A DNA stretch of 64,000 nucleotides from assembly GCA_964016885.1 (NCBI GenBank), contig OZ024747.1, positions 69,936,001 through 70,000,000 on the forward strand, in the 5' to 3' direction. Source of the stretch: Eledone cirrhosa (taxonomy: Eukaryota). Shown here one piece after another: positions 42,205 to 56,801 of the stretch. A program made the position numbers and the translations under genes. A model generated the notes under the pieces. The model was not told the origin of the DNA, made no database searches, and saw only the letters and a program-made list of their open reading frames with translations. Each line of letters starts with the position of its first letter. Positions within the stretch are counted from its first letter, which is position 1.

Positions 42205-42210
<6 letters not shown>
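35364..42210. mobile_element. Retrozyme-like tandem array, 591-nt unit: ~8.8 copies on minus and ~2.8 on plus, inversion at 40570
   Basis: Exact 591 period (also visible in the ORF track), near-identical units, one HHR per unit (12 total), (TA)n at both ends. Confidence 0.9.
40866..40953 (+). ncRNA. Type I HHR, U3-A8 core variant (also 41457-41544, 42048-42135; minus copies 35603-35690 then every 591 nt to 40331-40418)
   Basis: TCCTC TTGATAA GTCGGCA..TGCCAC GAAA CTACGTAG TC GAGGA: stem I TCCTC/GAGGA, palindromic stem III, GUC site (cut after 40948). Confidence 0.85.
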
Positions 42211-42244
<34 letters not shown>

Positions 42245-42245
<1 letters not shown>

Positions 42246-42596
42246 TGGAGGCACATGGCTTAGTGGTTAGAGCATTGGCCTTGCAATCGAAAGGTTGTGA
42301 GTTCAATTCTCAGACCGGGTCATGTGTTGTTTCCTTGAGCAAGATACTTTATTTCACATTGCTCCAGTTTACTCAGCTGTAGAAATGAGATGATAGGGAC
42401 AGGGGTCCATATCATTCCACTGCAAAGTGGTCGTGGAGGTGCCACGGCAAAAAAGCACCCAGTACTCACTGTAAATGAGGTTGGTGTTAGGAAGGGCATC
42501 CAGCTGTAGAAATCAAGCCAGAATCAGTTCCCGTCCCACCCTTGCAAGCAGGGAAAAGCGGACGTAAAAGGAAATGATGATGATGAAATGATGATG

Positions 42597-42598
<2 letters not shown>
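42245..42598 (+). mobile_element. SINE family B, full length
   Basis: A box TGGCTTAGTGG, B box GAGTTCAATTC, CORE-like CCTTGAGCAAGA..CAGTTTACTCAGCTGTAGAAATG, RTE-type tail and (ATG)n. Confidence 0.85.
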
Positions 42599-42629
<31 letters not shown>

Positions 42630-43463
42630 TACATACATACATATATATATATATACATATATACATACATACATATACATATATACAAACATATATATAT
42701 ATATATATATATTGAGTATAAAGTTTGATTGTTCTTAGCTACCACATCATTATGTATATCACTTACAGGGTCGATAAAATAAAGTACCAGTAATGCATTG
42801 GGATAATTGCTGGCCTTGTGCCAAAAGAAGAAACAATTATACTTTTGTTAATACATGCATCCATACTGGTCAGTGTATACTTTTATATGAGCCAAAATCC
42901 ATAAACATTACTATATATGTTCTCATTATTATTATTATTATGTACTGGGGTCGATTTAATCAATTTCCCCCTCCCCTTCAAATTGCTGGCCTTGTGCCTA
43001 AAGTAGAAACAATTATTAGTTTTTCTATATTTCTATATTTCTATATTTCTATATTTCTGTATTTCTATGTTTAATAATTTTACTTCAGCTAATATCATTT
43101 TCCATATATGTTAACTGGTAATTATTTGGCTATTCTAAAAAGAATAGTAGTTTCCTAATAGTTAGTTTTATCCTAGCAAGAATACGATTTTTCCCATAGC
43201 AAAGATTTGTTATTCCTACTCCACATAATGACATAATTCTTGTTGCATACATTTTGCTCATCTGAAGAGAATGTCCTCACTTCCTACCATATGTCTTCTT
43301 GTTTTCTAAAGGCAATATTTGATCATAATGCTTTTTAAATATTTACTTCTCTATCTACAGATTGATTTTTCTGAGTTTCAGATGATCTCGTTTAGGATGA
43401 AAGCAGAAATTCATTGTTTAAACGTTTAATTTGTACTAATAATAAATGTTTGCTCTATGGGTT

Positions 43464-43494
<31 letters not shown>

Positions 43495-43495
43495 T

Positions 43496-43528
<33 letters not shown>

Positions 43529-43532
<4 letters not shown>

Positions 43533-43872
43533 TCATCATCATCATTTCATTTTACGTCCGCTTTTTCCCTGCTTGCAAGGGTGGGACGGGAACTGATTCT
43601 GGCTTGATTTCTACAGCTGGATGCCCTTCCTAACACCAACCTCATTTACAGTGAATGCTGGTGGCTTTTTTGTCGTGGCACCTCCACGACCACTTTGCAG
43701 TGGAATGATAAGGACCCCAGTCTCTATCATCTCATTTCTACAGCTGAGTAAACTGGAGCAATGTGAAATAAAGTGTCTTGCTCAAGGAAACAACACATCA
43801 CCCGGTCTGAGAATTGAACTCACAACCTTTCGATTGCAAGGCCAATGCTCTAACCACTAAGCCATGTGCCTC
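43529..43872 (-). mobile_element. SINE family B
   Basis: Reverse complement of 42245-42598. Confidence 0.85.
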
Positions 43873-44224
43873 AAAATATATATAGTAATAATAATATGTG
43901 AAGACTAAAATCCGAAGAGGGCTCGATAAGGATAATATATATATATATAAAACCGTAGAGCAAATATTTATTAAAATAACAGATTAAAGTTTAAGCAAAG
44001 AATCGCTGCTTTCACCCTTAACGGGATCTTCTGAAATATATAAACAACCTTCTGGTTATCGAACCAACCAACCAACCAATCAGAAATTTATAATAAATTG
44101 AAGTAAAAACCAACAGGTGCATGTGTTTTTTTATTGGCAACATGACCCTCCGAAAGTACAACAATATATATAATATATATATATATATATATGAGGTTTG
44201 ACAGAAGGTTCTCAAGTCAAAGTA

Positions 44225-45125
44225 ATCAACATCATTTGTGATTACCCTCTGCCATCATTTAGAAAGGCACATGATTACATCCCTGTTAACTTCTTCTGGC
44301 TTCAATGCATAATTTCTTTGAGCCACTAATTTGACTGGTCTTCACTGGCAAAGGTCTTTGACTCTATTGCATTGGACATTGAAAGAAAAAGGTGATAGCT
44401 TAAAGGTGCAATGTTCAGCTATTGCAGTGGATGGAGCAAAACCTCTCAATCTAGCTCCAGCTGCTTCTCACAGGTTACCCTCGATGTATACGGCTCAGCG
44501 TTGTCTTTAAGGATTCGAACTGAATCATGGTGTGGCTGCACTTGTGTGATTTTTGCTGCTAATCTGTCAAGTTGTTGCCAATAAACATCTGAGGTTATGT
44601 GGGTGTTTGGTGGGAGCAGCTCATAGTGAATGACAACTTTCTTGTCATACAAGACACACAATATGACTTTGTGGGGGTGGAGGCTAGACATTGCTTGCCA
44701 TTGAGATGCACTCTCTTTATCAACCCATAATTGCTTGCACTTGACATTAATGTAGAAACACCACTTTTCATGACCAGTGACAATGGAATGTAACTAGCTG
44801 GTTGTGTGATGGAAAGAGAGCAGAGAAGTTGCAGCTGCCGCCTGACATTCACGATTATGGTCAGTCAGATTTTGGGGTACACATTGATGCAGCTTGGGCA
44901 CCTTCCTTATTGAATGTAAGTGATAGAGGATGATTGCTTTCAATGCCCCAAGCACTTTGGAGAGTAGACATAATGTCTGGCTTGCATCATATTCCACCAG
45001 CTCATGCAGTTGCTCATCACTGAAGTTGGGTGGATGTCGTGTGTGAGGTCAATCTTGAAGGCTTTATCCACTAGAAAGCAATGAAAGCATGATTGGTTAC
45101 CCAAATGCATTGTTAATTCATCGAA
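44225..45125 (-). pseudogene. Mariner transposase remnant
   Basis: IVTGHEKW (canonical TGDEKW), HPHKVILCV, VIHYELLPPN, LKDNAEPYT (HDNARPH) and APLSYHLF (APSDYHLF), with stops and frameshifts. Confidence 0.85.
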
Positions 45126-45928
45126 GATGCTGCTGCGTGTAGGTGAGATTTGAAGTCATAAACTATATAGCCTTGAATAAATGATTTGGATAGATTTGCT
45201 TCTTCTTGATGGCATAACAGAAAATGAGAAATGCACAAAATGCATACCAGCATCACATCTTTTATATGTGCACATGAACATGAACAACTTCAACATTTCT
45301 AGAAAAATGGCATAGCCATTACAATGCAATGAGAGGAAACATAATGGTACAACTGATGATGTCACAGATGTGTGACGAAAGAACTTTTATAGACTATATA
45401 TATATATATATATTTATATCTGTATTTTTAACCGTTGGTCAATCACTGATAAACATTGATTGCCAAATAAATTAACTAGGGAGATATAAAAGATACAGAA
45501 GCAAAAACCAACCAAAACCAAACAGTGAGTGTGTTCTGTTATCAATATTATAACAATATGACCCTCCCCAAGAATAACAATATTTTTTTCGACACTCGCT
45601 TTAATATAAAAAACCTTGCAAAACAAATATATATATATATGTGTGTGTGTGTGTGTAAAAAGTAAACAGAAATAGCAATACAATCGGTACAGTATATATG
45701 GAAGGAATGTATTAGGTTAACACTTCAAATAGCAGGAAGAGGATCTTAACGTTTTGGATGCTAGTCCTTCATCAGAAGAAAGAATGAGAAATTAGAAAGA
45801 TTGAAGGGACGGGTAGGGTGGAACTGGAAAAAATGTTTTTAGAGAAAAATTACAGGTCCATTCATGTTGCCATCTCTTGGAAAATTATTGATGCTGAACA
45901 AAGTTGATGATGATGTTGATGATGTATG

Positions 45929-45990
<62 letters not shown>

Positions 45991-47950
45991 CATACATCAT
46001 CAACATCATCATCAACTTTGTTCAATGTATAATTTTCCATGCTTGCATGGGTTAGATGGGTCATCCATTAGAAGTCTGTCCTGTTGGCTGCACTATACAT
46101 TGCTCAAATGGAATTGCATTTTAGCTGGCATTTCTACAGCTGCATGCTCTTCCTAACATCAACCACGTTTTCAGTATGGAACTAGATGGCCCCATTATGA
46201 GAGAATCCTGACCAACTGACAGCACTGTACACTGCTCATAGTGGAACCATGTTTTGAGAGCTGGGTGTTTCTGTTATGATGCAGGTCTGTCCAGTACCTT
46301 GCTGCACTGTATCTTGCACATATTGGGAATGTTTGTTGGCTGGGGTTTAATGGCTGGTGTATGCCCTTCCTAACACCAACTACATTTACAGTGTAGAACT
46401 ATGTGGCATCATTATAAGAGAAGTCTTACCAGTTGGCTGCACCATGCATTACTCAAAGCGGAGCCATGTCTAGGCTGGGTTATTATAGCTGTTGGATGCT
46501 CTTCCAACTGCCAACTTAATTTACAGTTACAGGAAGTCTGACAAGATGGCTGCACTGTATCTTGCACATATCAGGACCATGTTTTTACAAAAAATATGTA
46601 TACTCTCTAGACCTGTATTGAGTTTCCTATTTTTCTATGCAGTTGAAATTCTCAAGTTTCTGATTCTACCCAGAAGCTCTTCAAACAGGAGAGACAAACA
46701 CTATTATGTTTCCATGCAAGGAAATGCAAAGAATATCACAATTGTGTTCACAATTTTGTAAATAAATGCCTGAAAATGAAGCAACAACAACCATGAAACT
46801 CTATCTTGTCAGACCATGAAACCTAAGGTTGTAGAATAATTTTCATGTGTATGAATAATGATATATTTGCTCTGTTTATATAGAAAACACATTTTCTTCT
46901 TGTTGACACTCTTTCCACACACAGACACACATGCACACACATACACATATATATATATATTTTATACATATACATTTTCATATATATATAGCGATGTTAG
47001 GGATTTTCCACTATCTTTAGGACAGACTGCTGATGAAACCCACGAGTTTTAACATTTTTCATTATTGATATCTAGTAATTTTAATTAGCAAGTTTTTTCA
47101 TGAGTTGAAACTGTATAGGCCTGGTGATTTGATAAGTGGTTTGACATGAATATATTGATAAAAATTAATACTGGATTCAATATGATCAACATAGCCACAA
47201 TAGACCCAGTTAAAATATTAAAAGAATGTAAATACAACAAAAAGCAACCAGTCCACACTGTATAATGATGGTGTAGGTGTCCCAACAAAAAGCAATCAGT
47301 CCATACTGTAAAGTGGCCATGTAGGAGTCAGGATAAAAAGCACCCAACCCTCACTGTAAAGTGGTCATGTAGATGTCAAGACAAAAAGCACCCTATACAT
47401 AGTGTAAATGTGATTGGTGTTAGGAAGGACATCCAGCCATAAAAATTATTATTATTACTATATATATATAGTAATAATTATTACTATATATATATAGTAA
47501 TAATAATAAATGTGAAGACTAAAATGCAAAGAGGGCTCAATAAGAATAAATATATATCTCATATATAAGGACCCTAGAGCAAATATTTTGTGTGTTTGCA
47601 TGTGTGTATGTGTATATATATATATATATATATGTCCAAACCCATGCAAGCGTGGAACACGGACGTTAAACGTTGATGATGATGATGATGATGATGATAT
47701 ATATATATATATATATACGTGTGTGTATATATAAAAAAGAAAATTTTGCTCTACATGGCTGAATACAATAAATGTGATCTGAGTTTTTCAAATATTAATA
47801 ATAACATTCAATTCGTTTGCAATTTTTCAAACAAGCCTCAATTTTAAAGCCATGTCAGTAGAATGAACACTTTATTCTTGCTCTTGTGTTGGCATGTGAA
47901 CAGATGACTATAAAATAGAGGCTTGTTTGCAAAAAACTCAGAGTACATTT

Positions 47951-48000
<50 letters not shown>

Positions 48001-48393
48001 CACTTATATGTATACACATGCAAACACACACACATAAAAACATGTGCATATAACCATATATGTGTATAAATGGCTGAGAGAACACCCACTTTTTTTGTCC
48101 CCTAATTTTATCTTTTGATGAACGAATAGTATTTTAAACATTGAGACACTTTTCCTACTATATCAAGTGTTAAACAAATATATTTCTTTAATCTAATGTA
48201 TTGTTTGCTTTGTTGTTTACTTTTCACATACATATATAGACAGTCCTATGCGAGCAAGACAATCACTCTTGCCTCAAGTGGGACTACCCCCGTCCAAACC
48301 CATGCAAGCGTGGAACACGGACGTTAAACGTTGATGATGATGATGATGATGATGATGATATATATAAATATATATATAAATATATATTTAAAT

Positions 48394-48444
<51 letters not shown>

Positions 48445-48599
48445 TATAGGTGTGTGTATGTATGCATATATATATATATTCTATATTTACTCACTTTTGT
48501 ATATAAAAATAAACATACCTTTATGTATGTGTGTTTAGTCAGACAGAGGGAGGGAAAATAAAGTGATAGAGTAAGATTGAGATAGTGATTGAGAGAGAT

Positions 48600-48632
<33 letters not shown>

Positions 48633-48633
48633 G

Positions 48634-48691
<58 letters not shown>

Positions 48692-49602
48692 AAAACTATG
48701 CTCACTCATGCACTAAAGTTATCTATACAGATATTACTTCCTAAAAAAAACATTGCAAATTTAATGATAAGGATATTGTCCACTTATTTTTAAATATATA
48801 TTTTGTATGAAATCTAAATGTGTTATTTGCTTTTATTTATTAATCAGTTAAAAGCATTTCCTGGAGAAGGTTTGGTATTGGCACCTTTTTCAAAATCTTA
48901 CTCAACTAAGTAGACATTAACTGCTGCTTTCTATTAATATATTCTATAAGATGTAAGTATTTGTATTGTAACAATTCTATAGTAACACATTTTGGATAAT
49001 ATAGAATTATTCACCTGTAACATTTTGTGTGATAAAATGGTTTCTGATTTAAGCACAAGGCCAGCAAGTTTAGGGTAGGGGAAAATCGATTAAATCAACT
49101 CTAGTATGTGACTGGTACTATATTTTATCAACCCCCTAGGGATGAAAGGCAAAGCTGACCTTGGCTGAATTTGAACTCAGAACGTAAAGCATGTCCAATG
49201 CTCTACCCATACTGCGAACCCATACCAATCGATCGTCCTAGCAAATAATAAATGTTTCTGATTTAGGCACAAGGCCAGCAATTTTGGGGCTGGGGAAAGT
49301 CGATTAAATCAACCCCAGTGTGTGACTGGTACTTTATTTTATCAACCCCGTAAGAGTGTAAAGAGCCATAATTTTATATAATATATTATTATTTTAGCTG
49401 TAGCAGTAAGATCATGATTTAGTATATTTATTACATAATATTTTTAAAAAGTTTTGTTTGAACTGAAATGAAAGAATGTTTAGTATAAACTGTTTATAAA
49501 AATTGTTCAAATATCAAATATTCTTTGTTTAAAATGATGACCATTATTACGATTTCACCAATAATTTCATTATCATTATTGTTGTTGTTGTTATTATTAT
49601 TA

Positions 49603-49656
<54 letters not shown>

Positions 49657-49897
49657 ATAATAATAATAATAATGATTTCTTTATTAAATAATAATAATAA
49701 TAATAATAATAATTGTTTCTATCTTTGGCACAAGGCCAGCAATTAACCAGTACATTACTGGTACTTTATTTTATCGACCCCGTAAGGATGAAAGGCAAAG
49801 TTAACCTCGGCCAGATTTGAACTCAGGTCGTAAAGGGACGTAACTCTGCTGGAAAGCATATCCGACCCTCTACCGATGCTGCCAATTCATCGCCCTT

Positions 49898-49945
<48 letters not shown>

Positions 49946-49948
<3 letters not shown>

Positions 49949-50063
49949 CTGGGAGCAGCAAGAACCCTCCGATACGTCCTGAATATCTGAGGCTGCAGGT
50001 AGCGGCTTGATATTTCAGCAAACTTTCCAGTTAACTAACATCAATGACTGAGACTTAAAGAAC
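49946..50063 (+). mobile_element. R4/Dong-like non-LTR retrotransposon 3' end in (TAA)n
   Basis: MLGAARTLRYVLNI* resembles the R4/Dong C-terminus (LGTARILRKVL); (AAT)n on both sides. Confidence 0.6.
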
Positions 50064-50104
50064 AATAATAATAATAATGCGGATAATAATATCAATGATA
50101 GTAA

Positions 50105-50105
50105 C

Positions 50106-50154
<49 letters not shown>

Positions 50155-50161
50155 GGTGGTG

Positions 50162-50222
<61 letters not shown>

Positions 50223-50231
50223 CAGTAGCAT

Positions 50232-50282
<51 letters not shown>

Positions 50283-50291
50283 TAGTAGTAG
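50105..50291. repeat. (TAG)n/(TGG)n trinucleotide microsatellite
   Basis: Seen directly. Confidence 0.95.
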
Positions 50292-50707
50292 TTTGTATCA
50301 CTGATGAATACAGTACCAGCCTTTGTTTAGTCCAGTTCTGTAAACTGCAGAAAACATCATAGTTTCTTTTTGCTTCTTTGCCACCATTGTCTGACTAAAT
50401 ACTGACTACCACTAGCAGCAATATTTACAACTGACCACTACTACAGTGTAAAAGAAGGGAATGCATGCTGCAATACAACTATATACCAAGATAATATTTC
50501 TGACAATATTTTTATTTTGAACTTTTTATTATATCACACATTAATACATTTATATAATACATAAATAAGCACACAGGTTTATACAGACATACATCCAAAC
50601 AAACATACATGCATACGTATATACATGCATCCATGTATATATATATATACATTCATGTATGCATGAATACATACATTTATAGATATATACACGTGTGTGT
50701 GTACATG

Positions 50708-50783
<76 letters not shown>

Positions 50784-51393
50784 TAATCATCATCATCATA
50801 AACAACATTTACCGTCTGTTTTCTCTGTATTTAGGCATGTGTATATATATATATATACAGAATTAGTGAGCGAGAGCGAGAGAGAGTGGGGGGGGGGCAT
50901 CTGCATATGAAGGAATGAAAGAAATTGATGGGAACGATTGAGAGATACAACTATATTAATATAATTATATAAGACTTTACTCATTGAATATATGTGTGTA
51001 TATATATAAAAAGAGAGAGAGTGAGATTTATAGTTAGATAAATAGATAGATACCAATATACATGATAGGCTTTTTCAGGTTCCATCAATCAGATTCCACT
51101 TACCTGGTATTGGTCAAAGACAGTTGCCCAAGGTGCCATGCAGTGGGACTGAACCCAGAATTATGTGATTACAAAACAAACTACTTAATCAAACATGCAT
51201 ACCTGTGCATATGTATATATATATATGTATATATATATATGTATATATTTATATGTATATATATATATATATGTATATATATCTGTGTATATATATGTGT
51301 GTGCATGTGTGCGTGTGTTTATGTATGTATGCATCTAGGTATGTATAGACATACATATATACATACACGCACCCACACACACCCACACACACA

Positions 51394-51441
<48 letters not shown>

Positions 51442-51462
51442 TCTCTCTCTCTCTCTCTATAC

Positions 51463-51514
<52 letters not shown>

Positions 51515-51932
51515 TCTCTCTCTCTCTATACATATATATATATATATATATATATATGTATAGAGAGAGAGACAGACAGAGAGTTATATATACATTTATA
51601 TTCAATATACATATACAAAGTAGTGGTATTTTGAATTAATTTTTAATTCTTAAAACCCACAAGCTCGATTACTAAATATGAATTATAAAAATGAACTACT
51701 TTATTATGGATTGCATTATCCATGGAGGACTAATAACAGCTTCTACAGACTCTGATTTTTGATAATGTCATTTGCATCAAACTGGTTACTGTGTGTAGCC
51801 AGTTTTCTAAGACTATTACATTATTTTATGAAGTATTTCTCCAAAAAGGCACTAAAATTATGAAGATGATTCAATGATTTTTTTTCAATGTTAGACACAC
51901 ACACACACACACACAGACACATATATATATAC

Positions 51933-51963
<31 letters not shown>

Positions 51964-51967
51964 CATA

Positions 51968-52062
51968 TAGGGGTGTCCCAAAAACTGTATACACACTACC
52001 TGTACAGGCAATATTTATTAGAATGCATAGCCTGTGTGTATGAATTTTTTGGGGACATCCTG
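51968..52062. mobile_element. Short Tc1/mariner-type MITE
   Basis: Imperfect TIRs AGGGGTGTCCCAAAAA..TATACACAC and TGTGTGTATG..TTTTTGGGGACATCCTG, flanked by TA. Confidence 0.65.
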
Positions 52063-53465
52063 TATATATATATTGTATACTGTAACAGTATTATGAATAG
52101 CTAATATAAATATGAATATATATATATATTTCTTTTCCTTGAAGAGAAATTGCGTAAGAATCTAAATATTGCTCAATCTGTTCATTTTAGTCTAGTAGTA
52201 ACGTAATAATTTTATATTAATTTTCTCTACAGTATGTGTGTATTCAACTTGCACACACACACGCATCATATATATATATATTATTAGTACATATTATTAT
52301 TATTATATATATATAGTAATTGATATTACTATATATATATCTATATATATATATGAGATAATCTTATACATCTTACAGAATATAATATATATTTATATAT
52401 ATATATGAGCTACTACAAATACTTCTGAAAAATATTATATAAATAATTAAAGAATCTTATGGTAATTTGTAGAAAACATAGAAGGATGTAACTTAATTCT
52501 TTTGTTATGAATAAATATTTCAATGATAGTTTGTTCTGATAATAAACAATAATGACAATTATAATGTTTGTGAGGTAATTAAATCTTTGATTGATATTTA
52601 TATATAAAAATTAATATATTTTATTTATAATTGAACTATGTATATATTATTGCTAATAAAATCTTGCAAGATAACTTGAACAAAAATCAACAAAAATAAA
52701 TGTAACTATAGCAAGCTTTTTTTTTTTTGCATGCATATAATACTTGTGTTTTTCTTTCTAAATCTTGAGAGATTCTAGATTTTCTATCGGGGATTATTAT
52801 TAAGCTGATAAAATTTCATTATTTTTTCCATCCAAATTATAATGTATATTATGTATTAAATAATATATTCTTGCATCATTATATAACATTAATTTAATTA
52901 TGTCAGTATTAACATTTTTCAAACTCTAAATAATAAAAGGATTTGGGCTTTTCAATTACGTTGATTGGTGTTTACTAAAACCAACGAAATATTTCCTTAA
53001 TATTTGAATAATTATATAACATCCACAGTTTTAATTCTGCTGCAACTAAATTATGAATAGATGAAGTCATTCTCTTATTAAGTAATGTACTGTAAGTTAC
53101 TGGTAGTAGATATATGAGCAATTATATGTGTATATATATGTAATTGATCAAAACTTGTGCCAGTAACTTACAGTGCATTACTTAATAAGAGATGAAACAT
53201 TTATATTAAATTTGGTATGTATAATATATATGTATGTGTGTATGTGTGTATGTGTGTGTGAGAGAGAGAGGGCATTTGTATATAAACACTTATATAAATA
53301 CATGTGTATGCATACAAAAACACACACACATATATATATATACATATATATATATACACACACACCACATACACACGCACAAAATTATGCTTATAAAATA
53401 GTAATTTTAAAAATATATACATATATGTATGCATGTATATGTATATATATATAAATATATATATG

Positions 53466-53502
<37 letters not shown>

Positions 53503-53527
53503 CATTCGTGAGAAATCATCAGGAAGC

Positions 53528-53576
53528 GCTTCCTGATGATTTGTCATGAATGAAACAGATCTAGTCCTGTAGAAGC
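53528..53576 (+). ncRNA. Type I HHR with inverted partial copy (53502-53527)
   Basis: GCTTC CTGATGA TTTGTCATGAAT GAAA CAG-ATCTAGTC-CTG TA GAAGC. Confidence 0.72.
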
Positions 53577-54103
53577 TCTTCTATATTAAAACTTTTATAC
53601 TCTGCTATGTATTGAGTACCTTACTGTGGTTACCTCCGATTCAACCCGGAATAACTTATATATATATATATATATATATGATGATGATGATGATGATATA
53701 TATATATATATATATCATAAAACATGTCTATAGAATCACAAGATAAAATATATACCATTTCCTCTCCCAATTAGCATAATTAACTATATAAAAAATCAAA
53801 TAGACCAGGCTATAAGAATGAGGCTTCTAATATATATATATATAGTAATAGTAATAAATTTGAAGACTAAAATCCAAAGAGGGCTCGATAAGGATAAATA
53901 TATATCAAATGTATAAGAACTGTAGGTTTTCAGAAGATCCCATTAAGGGTGGAAGCAGCGATTCTTAAACTTAATCTGTTATTTTTAAACTTTAACCTGT
54001 TATTTTAATAAATATATATATATATATAGAGAGAGAGATATGTATATATATATACACACACATATATATATAAATACATACACACATATATATATATTTA
54101 TAC

Positions 54104-54134
<31 letters not shown>

Positions 54135-54696
54135 CATACATATTTACACATATATATATATATACATACATATATGTATATGTATGTATATATACACACA
54201 TATATATATAAATATATATATTTTCTCAAACAATTTTACAAATTTGATCCAGAAATATTTATATATATAGAACAAATTTCCTAGGAAAGATATTTTTTAT
54301 TAGCAATGTGAAACAAAAGATTCGCCCATTTTATTATTAACTGAATTTCATGTGTAAAAATAAAATCCCACAACCAATTTACACCTGGATTAGCAACTGG
54401 TGGGCTGCAGCCCATAATGTTTGCATTGAGGTGGCCACTGTTGCACTTGAACCTTTGCAAATATTTGTATGTAATATGTACTGCAATACACATGTGAACT
54501 ATCAGCAAATTAAGGCAATTCCAAAAGAACTCACCCACTGAACCGAGATCTAGATAATAAATCTTTATCAATTCCTACAAAATAATAGTTACAAATATCA
54601 CGGAGTTATTATGCCATGGTAAATGACAGACAAATTCAATGAAAAGTTGCATAAATGAATAAATATTTATACACACACACATATATATATATATGG

Positions 54697-54830
<134 letters not shown>

Positions 54831-54934
54831 TATATATAGATATACATACATATATATATGGACATATATATATATATATACATACATATATATACATATA
54901 TACATATATATATTACACATATATATGTGGACAC

Positions 54935-55041
<107 letters not shown>

Positions 55042-55185
55042 CATATATATAGTTAGAGAAGCAAAAAATTGCTTATTGTGATCCAGTTCTTGGTTAAGAA
55101 AGCCAGTTTCATGGATGGTTTCAACGTATGGTTAGGGGTAACTCCACAAGTTTGTAAGAATTCCGTTCAATTTTGGAGTATAAAG

Positions 55186-55277
55186 TATAAAAGAGAAATC
55201 ACAGGTAAGCATTAAGAGAAGGATTTTATCCAGATAAAATCCTTCTCTTAATGCTTACCTGTGATTTCTCTTTTATA
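55186..55277. repeat. Perfect ~45-bp-arm palindrome
   Basis: TATAAAAGAGAAATCACAGGTAAGCATTAAGAGAAGGATTTTATC and its reverse complement, separated by 2 nt. Confidence 0.85.
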
Positions 55278-55379
55278 CTATACATATATATATATATATG
55301 GACACACACACACATATATATGCACACATATATATATATATATATAAATACATATATATATATACATATATATATATAC

Positions 55380-55412
<33 letters not shown>

Positions 55413-55751
55413 CATATATGTCCATTTATATATATATATAGTATGTATATATATATATATGTGTATATATATATATGTCCATTTATATATATATATTTAT
55501 ATATATATATATACATACATATGTCCATTTATATATATAAAAATATACATACATACATATATTTCCATATATATATATATGTATATATATATGTGTCCGT
55601 TCAAACCCATGCAAGCGTGGAAGATGGACGTTAAACGATGATGATGATGATGATGATGATATATATACATATAAATATATAAATATTTATATATATATAT
55701 ATACATATATATATGTATATATATATTTATATATATGCCCATATATATATG

Positions 55752-55784
<33 letters not shown>

Positions 55785-55805
55785 GTATATATATGTATAT
55801 ATATG

Positions 55806-55852
<47 letters not shown>

Positions 55853-55913
55853 GTATATATATATATGTATATATATATATATGTATGTATATATATGTAT
55901 ATATGTATGTATA

Positions 55914-55956
<43 letters not shown>

Positions 55957-56738
55957 CCATATATATATAACCATATATATATATATATCCATATATATAT
56001 ATATCCATATATATATATATATATATCCATATATATATATATCCATGTATATATATATATCCATATATATATGTATGTATATATATACCTGTCTGTGTGT
56101 GTGTGTGTGTGTAAATAGCCTTTATTTAAATTTAGTCCTTTTAATATAAAGAATTTTTCCTGACAACGTGGCATGTTAGATAATATTAATATGTTATATC
56201 ATGTTTAAAACAGGGAATATCTCATTGCATTTAAAATCTCCTAGACAAAGTGTAAAAAGTAGTATGATTCCTATATTTTGAAATAGCAAAATTGTTTAAA
56301 ATTAGATTTAATGTTATTTTGTGTTGAGTATGAACCCTAAAGTATAAATGGAATTAAAGCTACACAATAACCAAGATACTCAATAAATATAAAAGAATAT
56401 GCATAGACCTTTTTATTGAAACATGTAACATAATTTTAGAAATAAAGTATTTTAAACCTAAAGTCTGGTAAATCTATAAATGTTAGAATTTGTAAACGGA
56501 TATATATATATATATATGTATGTATCTCTCTCTCTCTCTATATATATATTGTTATCGAGTATGGCCATTGCACAATAAAATAGAATAAAATAAAATAACG
56601 AAAAAATAAAAAACTTTTAGAACTTTTAAATTTTAAACCTTTAAATATATATACATACATATATACATACGTACATACACACACACACACATATATATAT
56701 ACATATGCATATATATATATGCATACATATGTATATAT

Positions 56739-56801
<63 letters not shown>

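Noticed and set aside
35364-42210. CRISPR-like array or ambisense viroid-like RNA with ribozymes on both strands
   Set aside because: No unique spacers, and I found no HHR core on the opposite strand of the unit; other ribozyme classes cannot be excluded by eye.
42245-42320. tRNA gene
   Set aside because: A and B boxes present, but no acceptor stem and it continues into a SINE body in four copies.
54380-54555. Possible minus-strand host exons (AG..GTGAGT near 54530-54550; also a short terminal-exon-like frame near 15310-15365)
   Set aside because: No recognisable protein or consistent exon chain; RNA-seq would be needed.
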